Part shown: positions 7,378 to 17,569 of the stretch, one piece after another
Layout: each line of letters opens with the position of its first letter
Position numbering within the stretch: position 1 is the first letter of the stretch
Assembly (NCBI GenBank): GCA_965207455.1
Contig: CBDBMJ010000001.1
Span: 322,514 to 386,513, forward strand
Length of the DNA: 64,000 nucleotides
Source: Bdellovibrionota bacterium
GTDB taxonomy: Bacteria > Bdellovibrionota > UBA1018 > CAIPTA01 > JAALKR01
Direction of reading: 5' to 3'
Program-made: the position numbers and the translations under genes
The notes under the pieces: generated by a model
Seen by the model: the letters and a program-made list of their open reading frames with translations, nothing else
The model's database searches: none
Told to the model about the DNA's origin: nothing

Positions 7378-10056
7378 ATGAAAAAAATAAGGAAAATATC
7401 CATTTTTTTGGTCCTACCCTGTTTCCTTTTTTCCTTTCTTGGTCAGGCAGAGGAGACAGGACAGGTAGTACTTGCTAGGGAACTTTTGACGGATAAAACC
7501 AAGCAAGTAAAAATTCTTCTGAAGACGCAGCTTATTTCTGAGAATATTGTTGCTTTAGGGAATGCAAGAAAATCTTTTGTTGTAACCTTTCGTGAGTTTG
7601 GGAATAAATTACGCATGGAAAATGCTGCAGGTGATTTTATCGATAAAGATTTAAAACCTAATTTCATCATCACAGAGTTTCCCATAGTAAAGAGAAACTC
7701 GGACTCTATTGTGATTGACTGGAATGAAGGTATGCAGAAGTATCCTAATCAGCGTTCTTGGTATACTTCTGATTTTCAAGAGTTTTCAGAAGGGGCTTGG
7801 ATAGTTGCAAAACAGTCTAGGCTTTTGAAATCAAGAGTGGATGGTAACAAAATTACTGTTGCACAGTCGCTTGTTAGCGAATCTGTTTTTGATGGACAAG
7901 AGAGCAGAGTAAAAGTGAAATATACTTTGGAACCTTATGTGAAAAGTGCAAGCTTTATTCCCTATAAGGAAGAGCCCGATAAAAGGTTTTTAAATTTTGC
8001 CTATTTTGAAGCGAACCCTATCCTAAAGAAACAAAAGGGAGAAGAGGTTATTTACTCTGCTAAATGGGATAACAGTAAGCCCATTGTTTTTCATATGAGC
8101 CATAATACTCCGGAGTATTTAAAGGATGCAATAAAAAGGGGTGCTCTTTATTGGAATCGTACTGGTTATTTGGATATTAAGGTTAGGGAAGCAGCGGAAG
8201 GCATCTCGGCTCCCAGTGATGCCTTTAATATGATCCAATGGGTAAATGTTGATAATTTAGGATTTGCTTATGCAGATCTAAATCCTGATCCTTTAACAGG
8301 GGAAATTCTTCAAGCTAATATTTATTTTTCCAGTACTTATGTTGCCTATAATAAGGACAGGGCTCTATTATTATTGAGGAGATGGGAGGATAAAAAATAC
8401 TCCGCAATGCACTTGTTTGAGAAGCATTTTTTGTGTTCAAAATCAGAGGAACAGTTTAGCTCTTACGTTGAAGCATTAAGGGCTGCACTCTTTACTTCGA
8501 CTAAAAGTACAGATGAGCTTGTTAAAAAAATCTCTCAAGATTATGTAAGTGTTGTTATGGCTCATGAAGTTGGTCATATATTAGGGCTTCGTCATAATTT
8601 TGCTGGTTCTCTTTCCTCTAATTCTTCCCAATTTGATGCAAAAGCTTTTCTTAAAAATTATTTGAAAGGAACTTCTGCTCCTATTGGTTATTATCCTTCA
8701 AATACTGTAATGGAGTATAGCACATTTACAGATAGATTAATGTATGGATTTCAGATGCGAGTTACTCCCTCTTTTATTGGAGAGTATGATCGTTTAGCTA
8801 TCCAAAATTTATATTCACAGAATAGAGTTGAGGGGACTGAGGAAAAACCTCTTCCTGTTTTTTGTACAGATTCTCATTTGTCTACATATGTTGATTGTAA
8901 TACTCGTGACGATAATCCTTTGCTTGTTCACAATTACTTTAATGATTTCCGTGATCTAGTTGCCCGAAAGAGACCAGAAAAGCTTATAAATAGATTTTTA
9001 CTCAATAAATATTCCACTGATTTGGACGACGAAGATAAAGTGCCCTTTGAGCGTACTAAACTACCTCCGATGGATTTTTCTCGAGAGGCTGAATTAATGC
9101 ATTCTCTTTTAACTCTTTTTCATAAAGAATCCAGATATATCAGCATTGAATCTAAGTTTCCTAGGGAAAACAATGAGTATTATAAAGACAAGATTCAAGA
9201 AGAAAAATATAAATTATTAAATGAGCAGCTTCAGAGTCTCGATGATAGTTTTCCAAATATCTTTTCATTTTTGATGGAACTGACCTTTCCTGGATTATTT
9301 CCTGATTCTGGAAGTGTCACTTTATTTCTAGCTGAAATGCACCAAGTAAAAGATATGCTTGATGATCAGTACAAAAACGACTTCACTAAAGGAGAAAGGA
9401 AAATTATACTAGACAGGGCTCGTAGTTATTTTAAATCCTATAACAAGGAAATGCCACTAAAAATCTTGTCTTTATTGAATGAGAAAATTTCAGAATTAGA
9501 TTTTAGTGAAGCTAGTGATGATAACCATGGATTTGTTTGGCTAAAGAAACTAGAGGACTCTCTAAAGGATGTTCTTTTTCAAATAGTGACAAAAAAATCC
9601 GCACGCATGCTTTTTCATGCAGTATCAGTAAAGGCACCCGAGGTTATCCCACCTGTTGAAACAGTAACAAAAGAAGATACAAAAGAAGTAACAAAAGCAG
9701 CAATAAAAAGTTTCAATCCTAGGTTTTCTTTTGGAAGAACAAAAAAACCCAAGGTTACCCCTCCTCTTATTGAGAACAAGGTTGTTCTGATAAAGGCGTA
9801 TGCTTATGACATTGAACTTCGAAGTCTGGCAGCCGAACTATTACTCAAATGGCCAAAAAGCAAGCTTGGCGATGCTTGGAATAGGGAAAGTAGAGAAAAG
9901 GCAAGAAAAGAACTTATTAAGGATTATAAAAAATGGAAGGAGGACTATGGTAAAGACTTCTTTAGCCGAAATCACGAGGACTGGTTACTTCTTGCTTGGA
10001 TTCGGGAGCAAAAAGAGATGATAAAGATTTTTTCTATCAGCGATAAAGAGTTGTAA
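7378..10056 (+). CDS. secreted zinc metalloprotease, metzincin motif (DUF4953/DUF5117-like family), paralog 1 of 3
   Basis: Signal peptide MKKIRKISIFLVLPCFLFSFLGQA with GGAG RBS, so the start is at 7378 rather than 7330. HEVGHILGLRHNF fits HExxHxxGxxH (metzincin) and is followed by VMEY (Met-turn-like). About 890 aa, with an extra ~60-aa insert (…VKAPEVIPPVETVTKEDTKEVTK…) relative to paralogs 2 and 3. Confidence 0.75.
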   Translation: MKKIRKISIFLVLPCFLFSFLGQAEETGQVVLARELLTDKTKQVKILLKTQLISENIVALGNARKSFVVTFREFGNKLRMENAAGDFIDKDLKPNFIITEFPIVKRNSDSIVIDWNEGMQKYPNQRSWYTSDFQEFSEGAWIVAKQSRLLKSRVDGNKITVAQSLVSESVFDGQESRVKVKYTLEPYVKSASFIPYKEEPDKRFLNFAYFEANPILKKQKGEEVIYSAKWDNSKPIVFHMSHNTPEYLKDAIKRGALYWNRTGYLDIKVREAAEGISAPSDAFNMIQWVNVDNLGFAYADLNPDPLTGEILQANIYFSSTYVAYNKDRALLLLRRWEDKKYSAMHLFEKHFLCSKSEEQFSSYVEALRAALFTSTKSTDELVKKISQDYVSVVMAHEVGHILGLRHNFAGSLSSNSSQFDAKAFLKNYLKGTSAPIGYYPSNTVMEYSTFTDRLMYGFQMRVTPSFIGEYDRLAIQNLYSQNRVEGTEEKPLPVFCTDSHLSTYVDCNTRDDNPLLVHNYFNDFRDLVARKRPEKLINRFLLNKYSTDLDDEDKVPFERTKLPPMDFSREAELMHSLLTLFHKESRYISIESKFPRENNEYYKDKIQEEKYKLLNEQLQSLDDSFPNIFSFLMELTFPGLFPDSGSVTLFLAEMHQVKDMLDDQYKNDFTKGERKIILDRARSYFKSYNKEMPLKILSLLNEKISELDFSEASDDNHGFVWLKKLEDSLKDVLFQIVTKKSARMLFHAVSVKAPEVIPPVETVTKEDTKEVTKAAIKSFNPRFSFGRTKKPKVTPPLIENKVVLIKAYAYDIELRSLAAELLLKWPKSKLGDAWNRESREKARKELIKDYKKWKEDYGKDFFSRNHEDWLLLAWIREQKEMIKIFSISDKEL

Positions 10057-10231
10057 TGACTGTAGGGGCAAAGAGCTTTAGCGCGAGCATTTCAGCGTTC
10101 CTAAGCAGTTTAACGCGCAGCTCGTCTGCGGGAACGGGGTGACTCGCCTCCTTATTATAATATGTAAGCACTTGTTTTCCTCATAATTTGGTGCTAGGTA
10201 ATATTGATTACTAAAAAATATAGGGGGCACC
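10052..10231 (+). repeat. conserved GC-rich intergenic spacer, copy A (~98 % identical to 12766..12950)
   Basis: Direct comparison of the two spacers shows about 4 differences in 180 nt. The core ggggcaaagagctttagcgcgagcatttcagcg…cgcgcagctcgtctgcgggaacggggtgactcgcctcc is about 55-60 % GC in an ~35 % GC context. It is followed by TTATTATAAT and a ~100-nt leader to TATAGGGGGCACCATG. Confidence 0.7.
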
Positions 10232-12765
10232 ATGAAAATAAAAATACTATTCCTTTTACCATTTTTCTTTTTTCCTTCCTTGGGTCATGCTCAGGATAAA
10301 GAGAAGATTTTTTCAGGAAGAATATTAATTCATAAAAAGTTTGTGGAGAACCAAACAAAACTTCTTCTTAAGACTCAGCTTATTTCTCAGAGTGTTGTTG
10401 TGTTGGGGAGTGCGAGAAAATCTTTTATTGTAACATTCAATGGTTGTGAGGAAGACAAATTATGTATGAACGCCTCCACAGTCAATTTCATTGACAATAA
10501 TTCGCAACCCCATGCCATGATTGTTGATTTTACCGTAATAGAAAGCAGAGGGGATTTTATTGAGATCGACTGGAACGAAGGTATGAATAGATTTCCTGTT
10601 CAGACTGGTTGGTTTATCTCTGGCAATCAAGTTTTTTCACCGTATGATTGGTCAAAGGAGGTTTCTGAATCCAAGCCTTTAGAATTAAGAACCAATGGTG
10701 ATAAAATTACTATTACCCAGTTATTTACCTTTTCTTTTGATGTATTTACCCTTAGTAATAAGTCTCGTTTTTCTTCTGATGAACAAGAGAGTAGGTTAAA
10801 GGTAAAATATACCCTAGAGCCTTATATAAAGAATAAAAACTTTATTCCCTACAGAGAAGTGCCTTATAAAAAGGATAAAAGTCCGCCCAATTTAAATTTT
10901 GGCTATATTGAAAGTTATCCTATTTTAGAGAAAAATACGGGTAATCAGATCATTCATATTGGTAAATGGGATAACAGTAAGCCCATAGTTTTTCATATCA
11001 GCCATAATACTCCAGAGTATTTAAAGGAAGCAGTAAAAGAGGGTCTTCTTTATTGGAGTCGAGCCACTAAGGATTTCAAGGTGGAGGCTGTGGAGGAAAA
11101 GAGTGGCATAACGGCTCCCAGCGATGGTTATAATATGGTCCAATGGTTGAGTGGAGATAGTTTAGAACTTGCTTATGCAGATGCAGCCATAGAACCTTTA
11201 ACAGGGGAAATTCTTCAAGCGAATGTTTATCTTTCCAGTGTTTTTGCGGTTGGCAGTAGAAATGAAGCACTCCAACTGTTAAGAAAATGGAAGAATATGG
11301 AGGTACCCACCGAGCATACATTCAAAGCTTATTCTTTATGTCAAAAAATGAATCAATATATTCCTTCTTTTATAGAGGCATTACGAGCCGCACTTGTTTC
11401 CCCGAATGGAGGAACAGATGAGCTTTTTCAGAAAATCTCCCAAGATCATATAAGTCTTGTTGTGGCTCATGAAGTTGGTCATACACTAGGTCTTCGTCAT
11501 AATTTTGCTGGTTCTCTTCATTCCAATGTATCTCGCTCGCAGAGGTTAGAGTTTTTTAAAAGCTATTTGAATGGAGAGCTTGGATCTGTTGATTATTACC
11601 CATTTAGTACTGTAATGGACTATAACAGTTTTACAGAGATATTGATTCATATACATCGGACTCAGGTTGATTCTTCTTTTATGGGGGAATACGATCGCCT
11701 AGCTATTCAGAATTTATATTCAGAAGAAGTTAAACAGACTGAAGGAAATCTCCTCCCTCTTTTTTGTAAAGATTCTGATGTAGCTAAGTATGTTGATTGT
11801 AACCGGGGTGATCATGGCTCTTCGCTGGTTGAGAAATATTTCCATGATTTCTTTGATCTAGTGAAAAGACGTCGATCAGTAAGGTTTATCATTTTTTAAT
11901 TAATAAATATGAAGAGAGTCCTCAAGACAGCATGCCTTTTGAAGGGATTGAAATATTGTTGAACCCCACTCAGGAACCCAATGCCATGCTAACTCTTTTA
12001 ACTTTTTTTGACAAAAAATCTAGGTATATTAGTGTTGAGTCTCAATTTCCTAGAAACTATCTTGCTTTATTAGAAGATGAGGTTCAAGAGGCGAAATATA
12101 GACTATTAAGTGAGCAGTTTCAATTCTTGGACAATAAGTATACAAACCCCTTCTTGGTTTTAATGCAGTTGACTTTCCCAGAGGGTGAAAGCTTGTTTGA
12201 GCAACAGATGGGCAAGGTAAGGGCACTACTTGATGGTCAGCATAAAAATAACTTCACTGAAGAAGAAAAGGAAATTATACTAGAGAAAGCGTATAGTTAT
12301 TTTAAAACCTATAGCAAGAAAATGCCATTGGTACTCCTTTCTTCTTTGACTGAGAAATTACCGGGATTAGACTTTAGTCAAGCCAGTAAGGATAACCATG
12401 GATTTGTTTGGTTGAAGAAATTAGAGGAAGCCTTAAAGGATACTCTAGTTCAAGTAGTAACAAAAAAATCCGATGTTACACTTTCTGTTCAGGACAGTAC
12501 TGTTGATATAAAGAAATATGCTTATGATATTAAACTTCGAAGTCTGGCAGCCCAACTGCTACTCAAATGGCCAAAAAGCAAACTCGGTAGTGCTTGGAAT
12601 GGGGAAGGTAGAAAAAAGGTAAAAGCAGAAATTAGTAAGGATTATGAAAAATGGAAGAAGGGCTATGGTGCAGACTTCTTTAGCCGTAATCATGGGGACT
12701 GGTCACTTCTTGCTTGGATTCAGGAGCAAAAGCAGATAATGGGTATTTTTTCTATTAGACCGTAA
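10232..12765 (+). pseudogene. metzincin metalloprotease paralog 2, disrupted by an in-frame TAA plus small indels and split into 555-aa and 277-aa ORFs
   Basis: ORFs 10232..11899 and 11932..12765 together align along the full length of paralog 3 (836 aa). Paralog 3 has …ttaatcagtaaatatggcgagaaccctcaagac… (FLISKYGENPQD) where paralog 2 has …ttttTAAttaataaatatgaagagagtcctcaagac…, that is a stop codon (11897-11899) plus a frameshift. The HEVGHTLGLRHNF motif is intact in the first piece. Confidence 0.6.
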
Positions 12766-12950
12766 GATTTGTAATGGCTGTAGGGGCCAAAGAGCCTTAG
12801 CGCGAGCATTTCAGCGCTCCTAAGCAGTTTAACGCGCAGCTCGTCTGCGGGAACGGGGTGACTCGCCTCCTTATTATAATATGTAAGCACTTGTTTTCCT
12901 CATAATTTGGTGCTAGGTAATATTGATTACTAAAAAATATAGGGGGCACC
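12766..12950 (+). repeat. conserved GC-rich intergenic spacer, copy B
   Basis: See copy A. The first ~60 nt of the downstream coding region are also near-identical. Confidence 0.7.
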
Positions 12951-15461
12951 ATGAAAATAAAAATACTATTCCTTTTACCATGTTTCTTTTTTTCTTCCCT
13001 GGGTCATGCTCAGGATACAGAAGAGCTTTTTTCGGGAAGAATAACAATTCATAAGAAGTTTGTGGAGAACCAAACAAAATTTCTTCTCAAGACTCAGCTT
13101 ATTTCTCAGAGTGTTGTTGCGTTGGGGAATGCGAGAAAATCTTTTATTGTAACATTTGATGGTTGTGGGGAAAACAAATTATGTATGAATAACTCCACAG
13201 TTAATTTCGTTGATAGTAATTTATCACCTAGTTCTAGGATTGCTGACTTTACCGTAAAAGAAAGCACGGGGGATTCCATTGAGATTGATTGGGCTGAAGG
13301 TATGAATAAATTTCCTATTCAGTCCGGTTGGTTTGGATCTGACGGTCAATTTTTTTCACCGGATGATTGGTCTTTGGCTGTTGAATCCAAGCCTTTGGAG
13401 TCAAAAACGATTGGCGATAAAATGGTTATTACCCAGTTGTTTACCGGTTCTCTTGATGGAAAAGAGGCTAATCTCAAGGTAAAATTTACTTTAGAGCCTT
13501 ATAAGAAGAATGAAAGTTTTATTCCCTACAGGGAAGCGTCTTATAAAAAGTTTTTAAATTTTGGTTATTTTGAAAGTTACCCTATTTTAGAGGAAAACAC
13601 GGGGATTAATATTATTCATTCGAGTAAATGGGATAACAGTAAGCCCGTAGTTTTTCATATCAGCCATAATACTCCGGAGTATTTAAAGGAAGCAGTGAAA
13701 GAAGGTATTCTTTATTGGAATCGAGCTACCAAGGACGCTTCCTTGAGGCTTGAGGCAGTAGAGGAAAAGAGCGGTATAACGGCTCCTAGTGAGGGTTATA
13801 ATATGGTTCAATGGGTGAATGCGGATAGCTTAGGATTTGCTTATGCAGATGCAAGCATGGAGCCGTTAACAGGGGAAATTCTTCAAGCTAATATTTATTT
13901 TTCCAGCACTTTTGTGGCTGGCACTAGAGATGCGGCACTGCTGTTGTTAAAAAGATGGAAAAATAATGAGATATCCATCACACATCCATTTGAAGAATAT
14001 TCTTTGTGTAAAAAAACAGATAAATATTTTCATTCTTATATAGAAGCACTAGAGACTGCGCTTATCTCTTTAAATGGAGAAGGAGATGAACTTTTCCAAA
14101 AAATTTCTCAAGATTATGTACGCCTGGTTATGGCTCATGAAGTTGGTCATACGTTAGGGCTTCGCCATAATTTTGCTGGCTCTCTCCATTCCAGTGTTTC
14201 CCGTTCACAGAGGGCAGATTTTTTTAAAGATTATTTGGAAGGAGAACTTGAGTCTACTGATTATTACTCAACCAGTACTGTAATGGACTACAATGTTTTT
14301 TCGAGTTCATTAATTTATGGACATAGGATGCGAGTTGACCCTTCTTTTATGGGAGAATATGACCGCCTAGCTATTCAGAATTTATATTTAAAAGAGATTA
14401 AGCAGACTGGAGAAAACCCCCTCCCTCTTTTTTGCACAGATTCCCATGTACTTAAATATATTGATTGTAATCGTTTTGATTATAACGCTTCGTTGGTTGA
14501 AGAATATTTCTATGATTTCTTTAATTTAGCGAAAATTCGTCGAGCAGAAATTTTTATAAATAATTTTTTAATCAGTAAATATGGCGAGAACCCTCAAGAC
14601 AGGAAGCCTTTTGAGGATGTTGCAGTATCGTTGGATGCCTCTTGGGAAGCCACTGCCATGATTTCTCTTTTAACTCTTTTTGATGAAAAATCTAAATATA
14701 TTAGTGTTGAGTCTCAATTCCCTAGAAACCAGCTTGGTTTAGAGGATAAGATTCAAGAGGTAAAATATAAATTATTAAGTGATCAGTTCCAACTTTTGGA
14801 TAATGAGCACACAAACCCTTTCTTGGTTTTAATGCAATTGGCTTTTCCTGAAGATGGAACCTTATTTGACCAACAGATGGGTAAGGTAGAAAATCTACTG
14901 AATAGTAAGTATAAAGAGGATTTCACGGAAGAAGAAAAGACAATGGTATTGGAAAGAGCACGTAGGTACTTTGCTGTTTATGGCAAGGAAATGCCACGGG
15001 AACTCTTGCTCGCATTGAGTAAACCATTGGCTGAGTTAGACTTTAGTCGAGCTGATGATGATAATCATGGATTTGAGTGGTTAAATAAACTGCAAACAGC
15101 CTTAGAATATGCTGCGTTTCAAGTGGTAACAAAGCAATCTGAGGATAAGCTCCCTACTGCTCTTGATGTTAATGAATATGCCTATGACTTTAAATTGCGA
15201 GAGATGGCTGCAGAAATTTTCTCTCTGTCGCCTCAAAGCAAGCTCAAGAGCACTTGGAATAGTAGTGGTAAAGTAAGTACAAGAGGAAAGCTTATGGAGC
15301 AATATGCTGAGTTGAAAAAGCTCTATGGTAATGATTTTTTTAGGCGAGTGCATGAGGATCGTTCCCATCTCCAGCCCTGGATTGAGCAGCAAAGGAAAAT
15401 GATGAAACTTTTTCTTATTAAGGATACAGATCCACAGAGACCTTTGTATCATTTTTGGTAG
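12951..15461 (+). CDS. secreted zinc metalloprotease, metzincin motif, paralog 3 (intact)
   Basis: 836 aa. Signal peptide MKIKILFLLPCFFFSSLGHA. HEVGHTLGLRHNFAGSLHS then TVMDY. Collinear with paralogs 1 and 2. Confidence 0.75.
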   Translation: MKIKILFLLPCFFFSSLGHAQDTEELFSGRITIHKKFVENQTKFLLKTQLISQSVVALGNARKSFIVTFDGCGENKLCMNNSTVNFVDSNLSPSSRIADFTVKESTGDSIEIDWAEGMNKFPIQSGWFGSDGQFFSPDDWSLAVESKPLESKTIGDKMVITQLFTGSLDGKEANLKVKFTLEPYKKNESFIPYREASYKKFLNFGYFESYPILEENTGINIIHSSKWDNSKPVVFHISHNTPEYLKEAVKEGILYWNRATKDASLRLEAVEEKSGITAPSEGYNMVQWVNADSLGFAYADASMEPLTGEILQANIYFSSTFVAGTRDAALLLLKRWKNNEISITHPFEEYSLCKKTDKYFHSYIEALETALISLNGEGDELFQKISQDYVRLVMAHEVGHTLGLRHNFAGSLHSSVSRSQRADFFKDYLEGELESTDYYSTSTVMDYNVFSSSLIYGHRMRVDPSFMGEYDRLAIQNLYLKEIKQTGENPLPLFCTDSHVLKYIDCNRFDYNASLVEEYFYDFFNLAKIRRAEIFINNFLISKYGENPQDRKPFEDVAVSLDASWEATAMISLLTLFDEKSKYISVESQFPRNQLGLEDKIQEVKYKLLSDQFQLLDNEHTNPFLVLMQLAFPEDGTLFDQQMGKVENLLNSKYKEDFTEEEKTMVLERARRYFAVYGKEMPRELLLALSKPLAELDFSRADDDNHGFEWLNKLQTALEYAAFQVVTKQSEDKLPTALDVNEYAYDFKLREMAAEIFSLSPQSKLKSTWNSSGKVSTRGKLMEQYAELKKLYGNDFFRRVHEDRSHLQPWIEQQRKMMKLFLIKDTDPQRPLYHFW

Positions 15462-15481
15462 GCACCTAAGAAAGAGTATTT

Positions 15482-16855
15482 GTGAGAAATTTCCGTTTTT
15501 ACAACAAATACTCTGAAATTTTTTCTTGGTTCTGGCTTTCTTTACTCCTACTTAGTTGCTTTGATTATTTTTATCTTTCTTGGAAAGATTCTTATGGGAA
15601 CTTACTGGGTTTGTATGCCCTACAGTTTCTTCTTTTCTCAGCTATCATTTTGCATCAAAAAAAGTTTCATTTTACTGTATTTCAAATATTTTCTGCAGCC
15701 ATTGTTTGTCGTTTGGTTTTGTTGTTTACAGAACCAGTTTTAGAGAATGATTATTTTCGCTATCTTTGGGATGGTCATGTTTTTTCCCAAGGAATTAGCC
15801 CATACGCATATGCTCCCAATCATCCATTTTTAGACTCCATTACCACAGGATATAGAAAATATATTTCTTTCAGCAACATTTCCACCATTTATCCACCCTT
15901 TGCCCAATATGTATTTCTCATCTCCAATTTTTTGGCCCCACATTCTTTGATGGGCTTAAAAATTATATTCACACTATTTGATCTCGCTACAGGTATTCTT
16001 ATTTTTTCTTGGATGAAAAAAAGAAATATTCATCCCACTTGGTCTCTTTTATATTTTTTAAACCCTCTTGTTTTTAAAGAGATAGCAAACTCTGCCCATA
16101 TAGATTCCATTGCTGCATTTTTGAGCACCCTAGCACTATACTTTTTTTCTTATAAACGAAAGGCAGGGGCTTGGGTTATTTTAGGACTAGCAACATGTAC
16201 AAAAATTTATCCATTGGTGCTAGTGCCGATTTTTTTAATGTGGGATAAAAAAAGGATTCGAAATGGATTTTTATATCTTGCTACTATTTTACTTCTCTAC
16301 CTTCCTTTCCTCTACCAAGAAGGGTTATTGTTTTCAGGCACAAAAGCGTATGCTCGTACATGGGTATTTAATGCCAGCATATTTCAAATTGCAAATTTTT
16401 TCCTCGATTTAATTGTTCAACCCTTTCAATCTATTCCTTGGGTAGCAAAGGCCCATGATTTTAGTTATTTTACTAAGGGTCTTATGGCAATTTTTTTCCT
16501 ATTGGGGTCAACATATAAATTATATAAAATGAAAAGTGAGGAAGATATTCCAAGTACTGCACTTTGGATTTTAGGTTTGTTACTTATTCTTTCTCCAGTA
16601 TTAAATGCCTGGTATGTCCTTTGGCTGCTTCCACTAGCTTGCTTGGAACGAAGTGTTCCATGGTTAAGCTTTACTTTTCTTGTTGTGGGGGCCTATTCTT
16701 GGTTTTACTCCAAGGAATGGGTACTAACCTTCCGATCGTTAGAATATGGAATATTTTTTATGCTTCTAACCTACCCGTTTTGGAAAAGAGCTTGGAAGAA
16801 TGGCATATCGAAATATAAGCCAAAGTATTTTAATTCCAGCACGGATAGTTCCTGA
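15482..16855 (+). CDS. polytopic integral membrane protein, putative GT-C-type glycosyltransferase (DUF2029/GT87-like by context)
   Basis: 457 aa with at least 10 hydrophobic helices and aromatic-rich loops. Convergent with, and overlapping, a GT2 gene. No motif is verifiable by eye. Confidence 0.45.
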   Translation: MRNFRFYNKYSEIFSWFWLSLLLLSCFDYFYLSWKDSYGNLLGLYALQFLLFSAIILHQKKFHFTVFQIFSAAIVCRLVLLFTEPVLENDYFRYLWDGHVFSQGISPYAYAPNHPFLDSITTGYRKYISFSNISTIYPPFAQYVFLISNFLAPHSLMGLKIIFTLFDLATGILIFSWMKKRNIHPTWSLLYFLNPLVFKEIANSAHIDSIAAFLSTLALYFFSYKRKAGAWVILGLATCTKIYPLVLVPIFLMWDKKRIRNGFLYLATILLLYLPFLYQEGLLFSGTKAYARTWVFNASIFQIANFFLDLIVQPFQSIPWVAKAHDFSYFTKGLMAIFFLLGSTYKLYKMKSEEDIPSTALWILGLLLILSPVLNAWYVLWLLPLACLERSVPWLSFTFLVVGAYSWFYSKEWVLTFRSLEYGIFFMLLTYPFWKRAWKNGISKYKPKYFNSSTDSS

Positions 16856-17473
16856 AATAGTACCTGTGATTTTAGATATACCCACCCGCTTTCGGTAGCG
16901 AACAGGTACTTCACCAACAGCAAGTTTCAGCTTCAGTGCTTTTATTTGCATCTCCACGGTCCAGCCAAAATTAGTGTCGCACATTTGGAGTTGTTCTAGG
17001 GCAGATGATCGGATGGCTCGAAATGGACCCAGGTCCGTGAAGCGATATCCAAATCGAAGTTGCATCAGGGTGGTGGCTAACCAGTTACCCAAACGTGCTT
17101 GGGGAAGAAGGGCATTTTTTTCAGCTCTTTTTACACGGGAACCAATAACCAGATCTAATTTTTTTCTCTCCAGCGCATCCAGTAGAATATGTATATCTTC
17201 AGGGTAGTCGCTATAGTCTCCATCTAAAAAAATATAAATATCGGGTTGGTACTGTTGAGCAGCGGCAATTCCCGTTAAGCAGGCTTGGCCATAGCCGCGA
17301 CGCTTTTCCTCCACAACCGTAGCACTCATCCCACGGGCTACCTGTCCAGTATTATCTGTACTGCCATTATTCACCACAATAATGTGTTGGGCATATTTAG
17401 GTGGAATATCTCGAATTACCGAGGAAATGGATCGCTCCTCATTGAAGGCCGGGATAATGATTACATAGTCCAT
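16766..17473 (-). CDS. GT2-family glycosyltransferase (polyprenyl-phosphate sugar synthase-like; TIGR04283-like)
   Basis: 235 aa. MDYVIIIPAFNEERSI (GT2 N-terminal motif) and FLDGDYSD (DxD). Size and neighbourhood with DUF2064 fit the TIGR04283/TIGR04282 pair. Confidence 0.75.
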   Translation of the reverse strand: MDYVIIIPAFNEERSISSVIRDIPPKYAQHIIVVNNGSTDNTGQVARGMSATVVEEKRRGYGQACLTGIAAAQQYQPDIYIFLDGDYSDYPEDIHILLDALERKKLDLVIGSRVKRAEKNALLPQARLGNWLATTLMQLRFGYRFTDLGPFRAIRSSALEQLQMCDTNFGWTVEMQIKALKLKLAVGEVPVRYRKRVGISKITGTISGTIRAGIKILWLIFRYAILPSSFPKRVG

Positions 17474-17569
17474 GCCCTTTCACTATATCAGGAATCATGG
17501 CATGCAGGACAAATAAAAAATAGACGAAACTGGGAATGTTTTGTAGTCTAATTCTTTAGGGGGAGTTTT

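Noticed and set aside
12540-12560. Sigma-54-like TGGCAG-N5-CTGC inside the protease-2 coding region (and the equivalent in copy 1)
   Set aside because: It is intragenic, the -12 element is degenerate (CTGC), and it is conserved simply because it lies in duplicated coding sequence.
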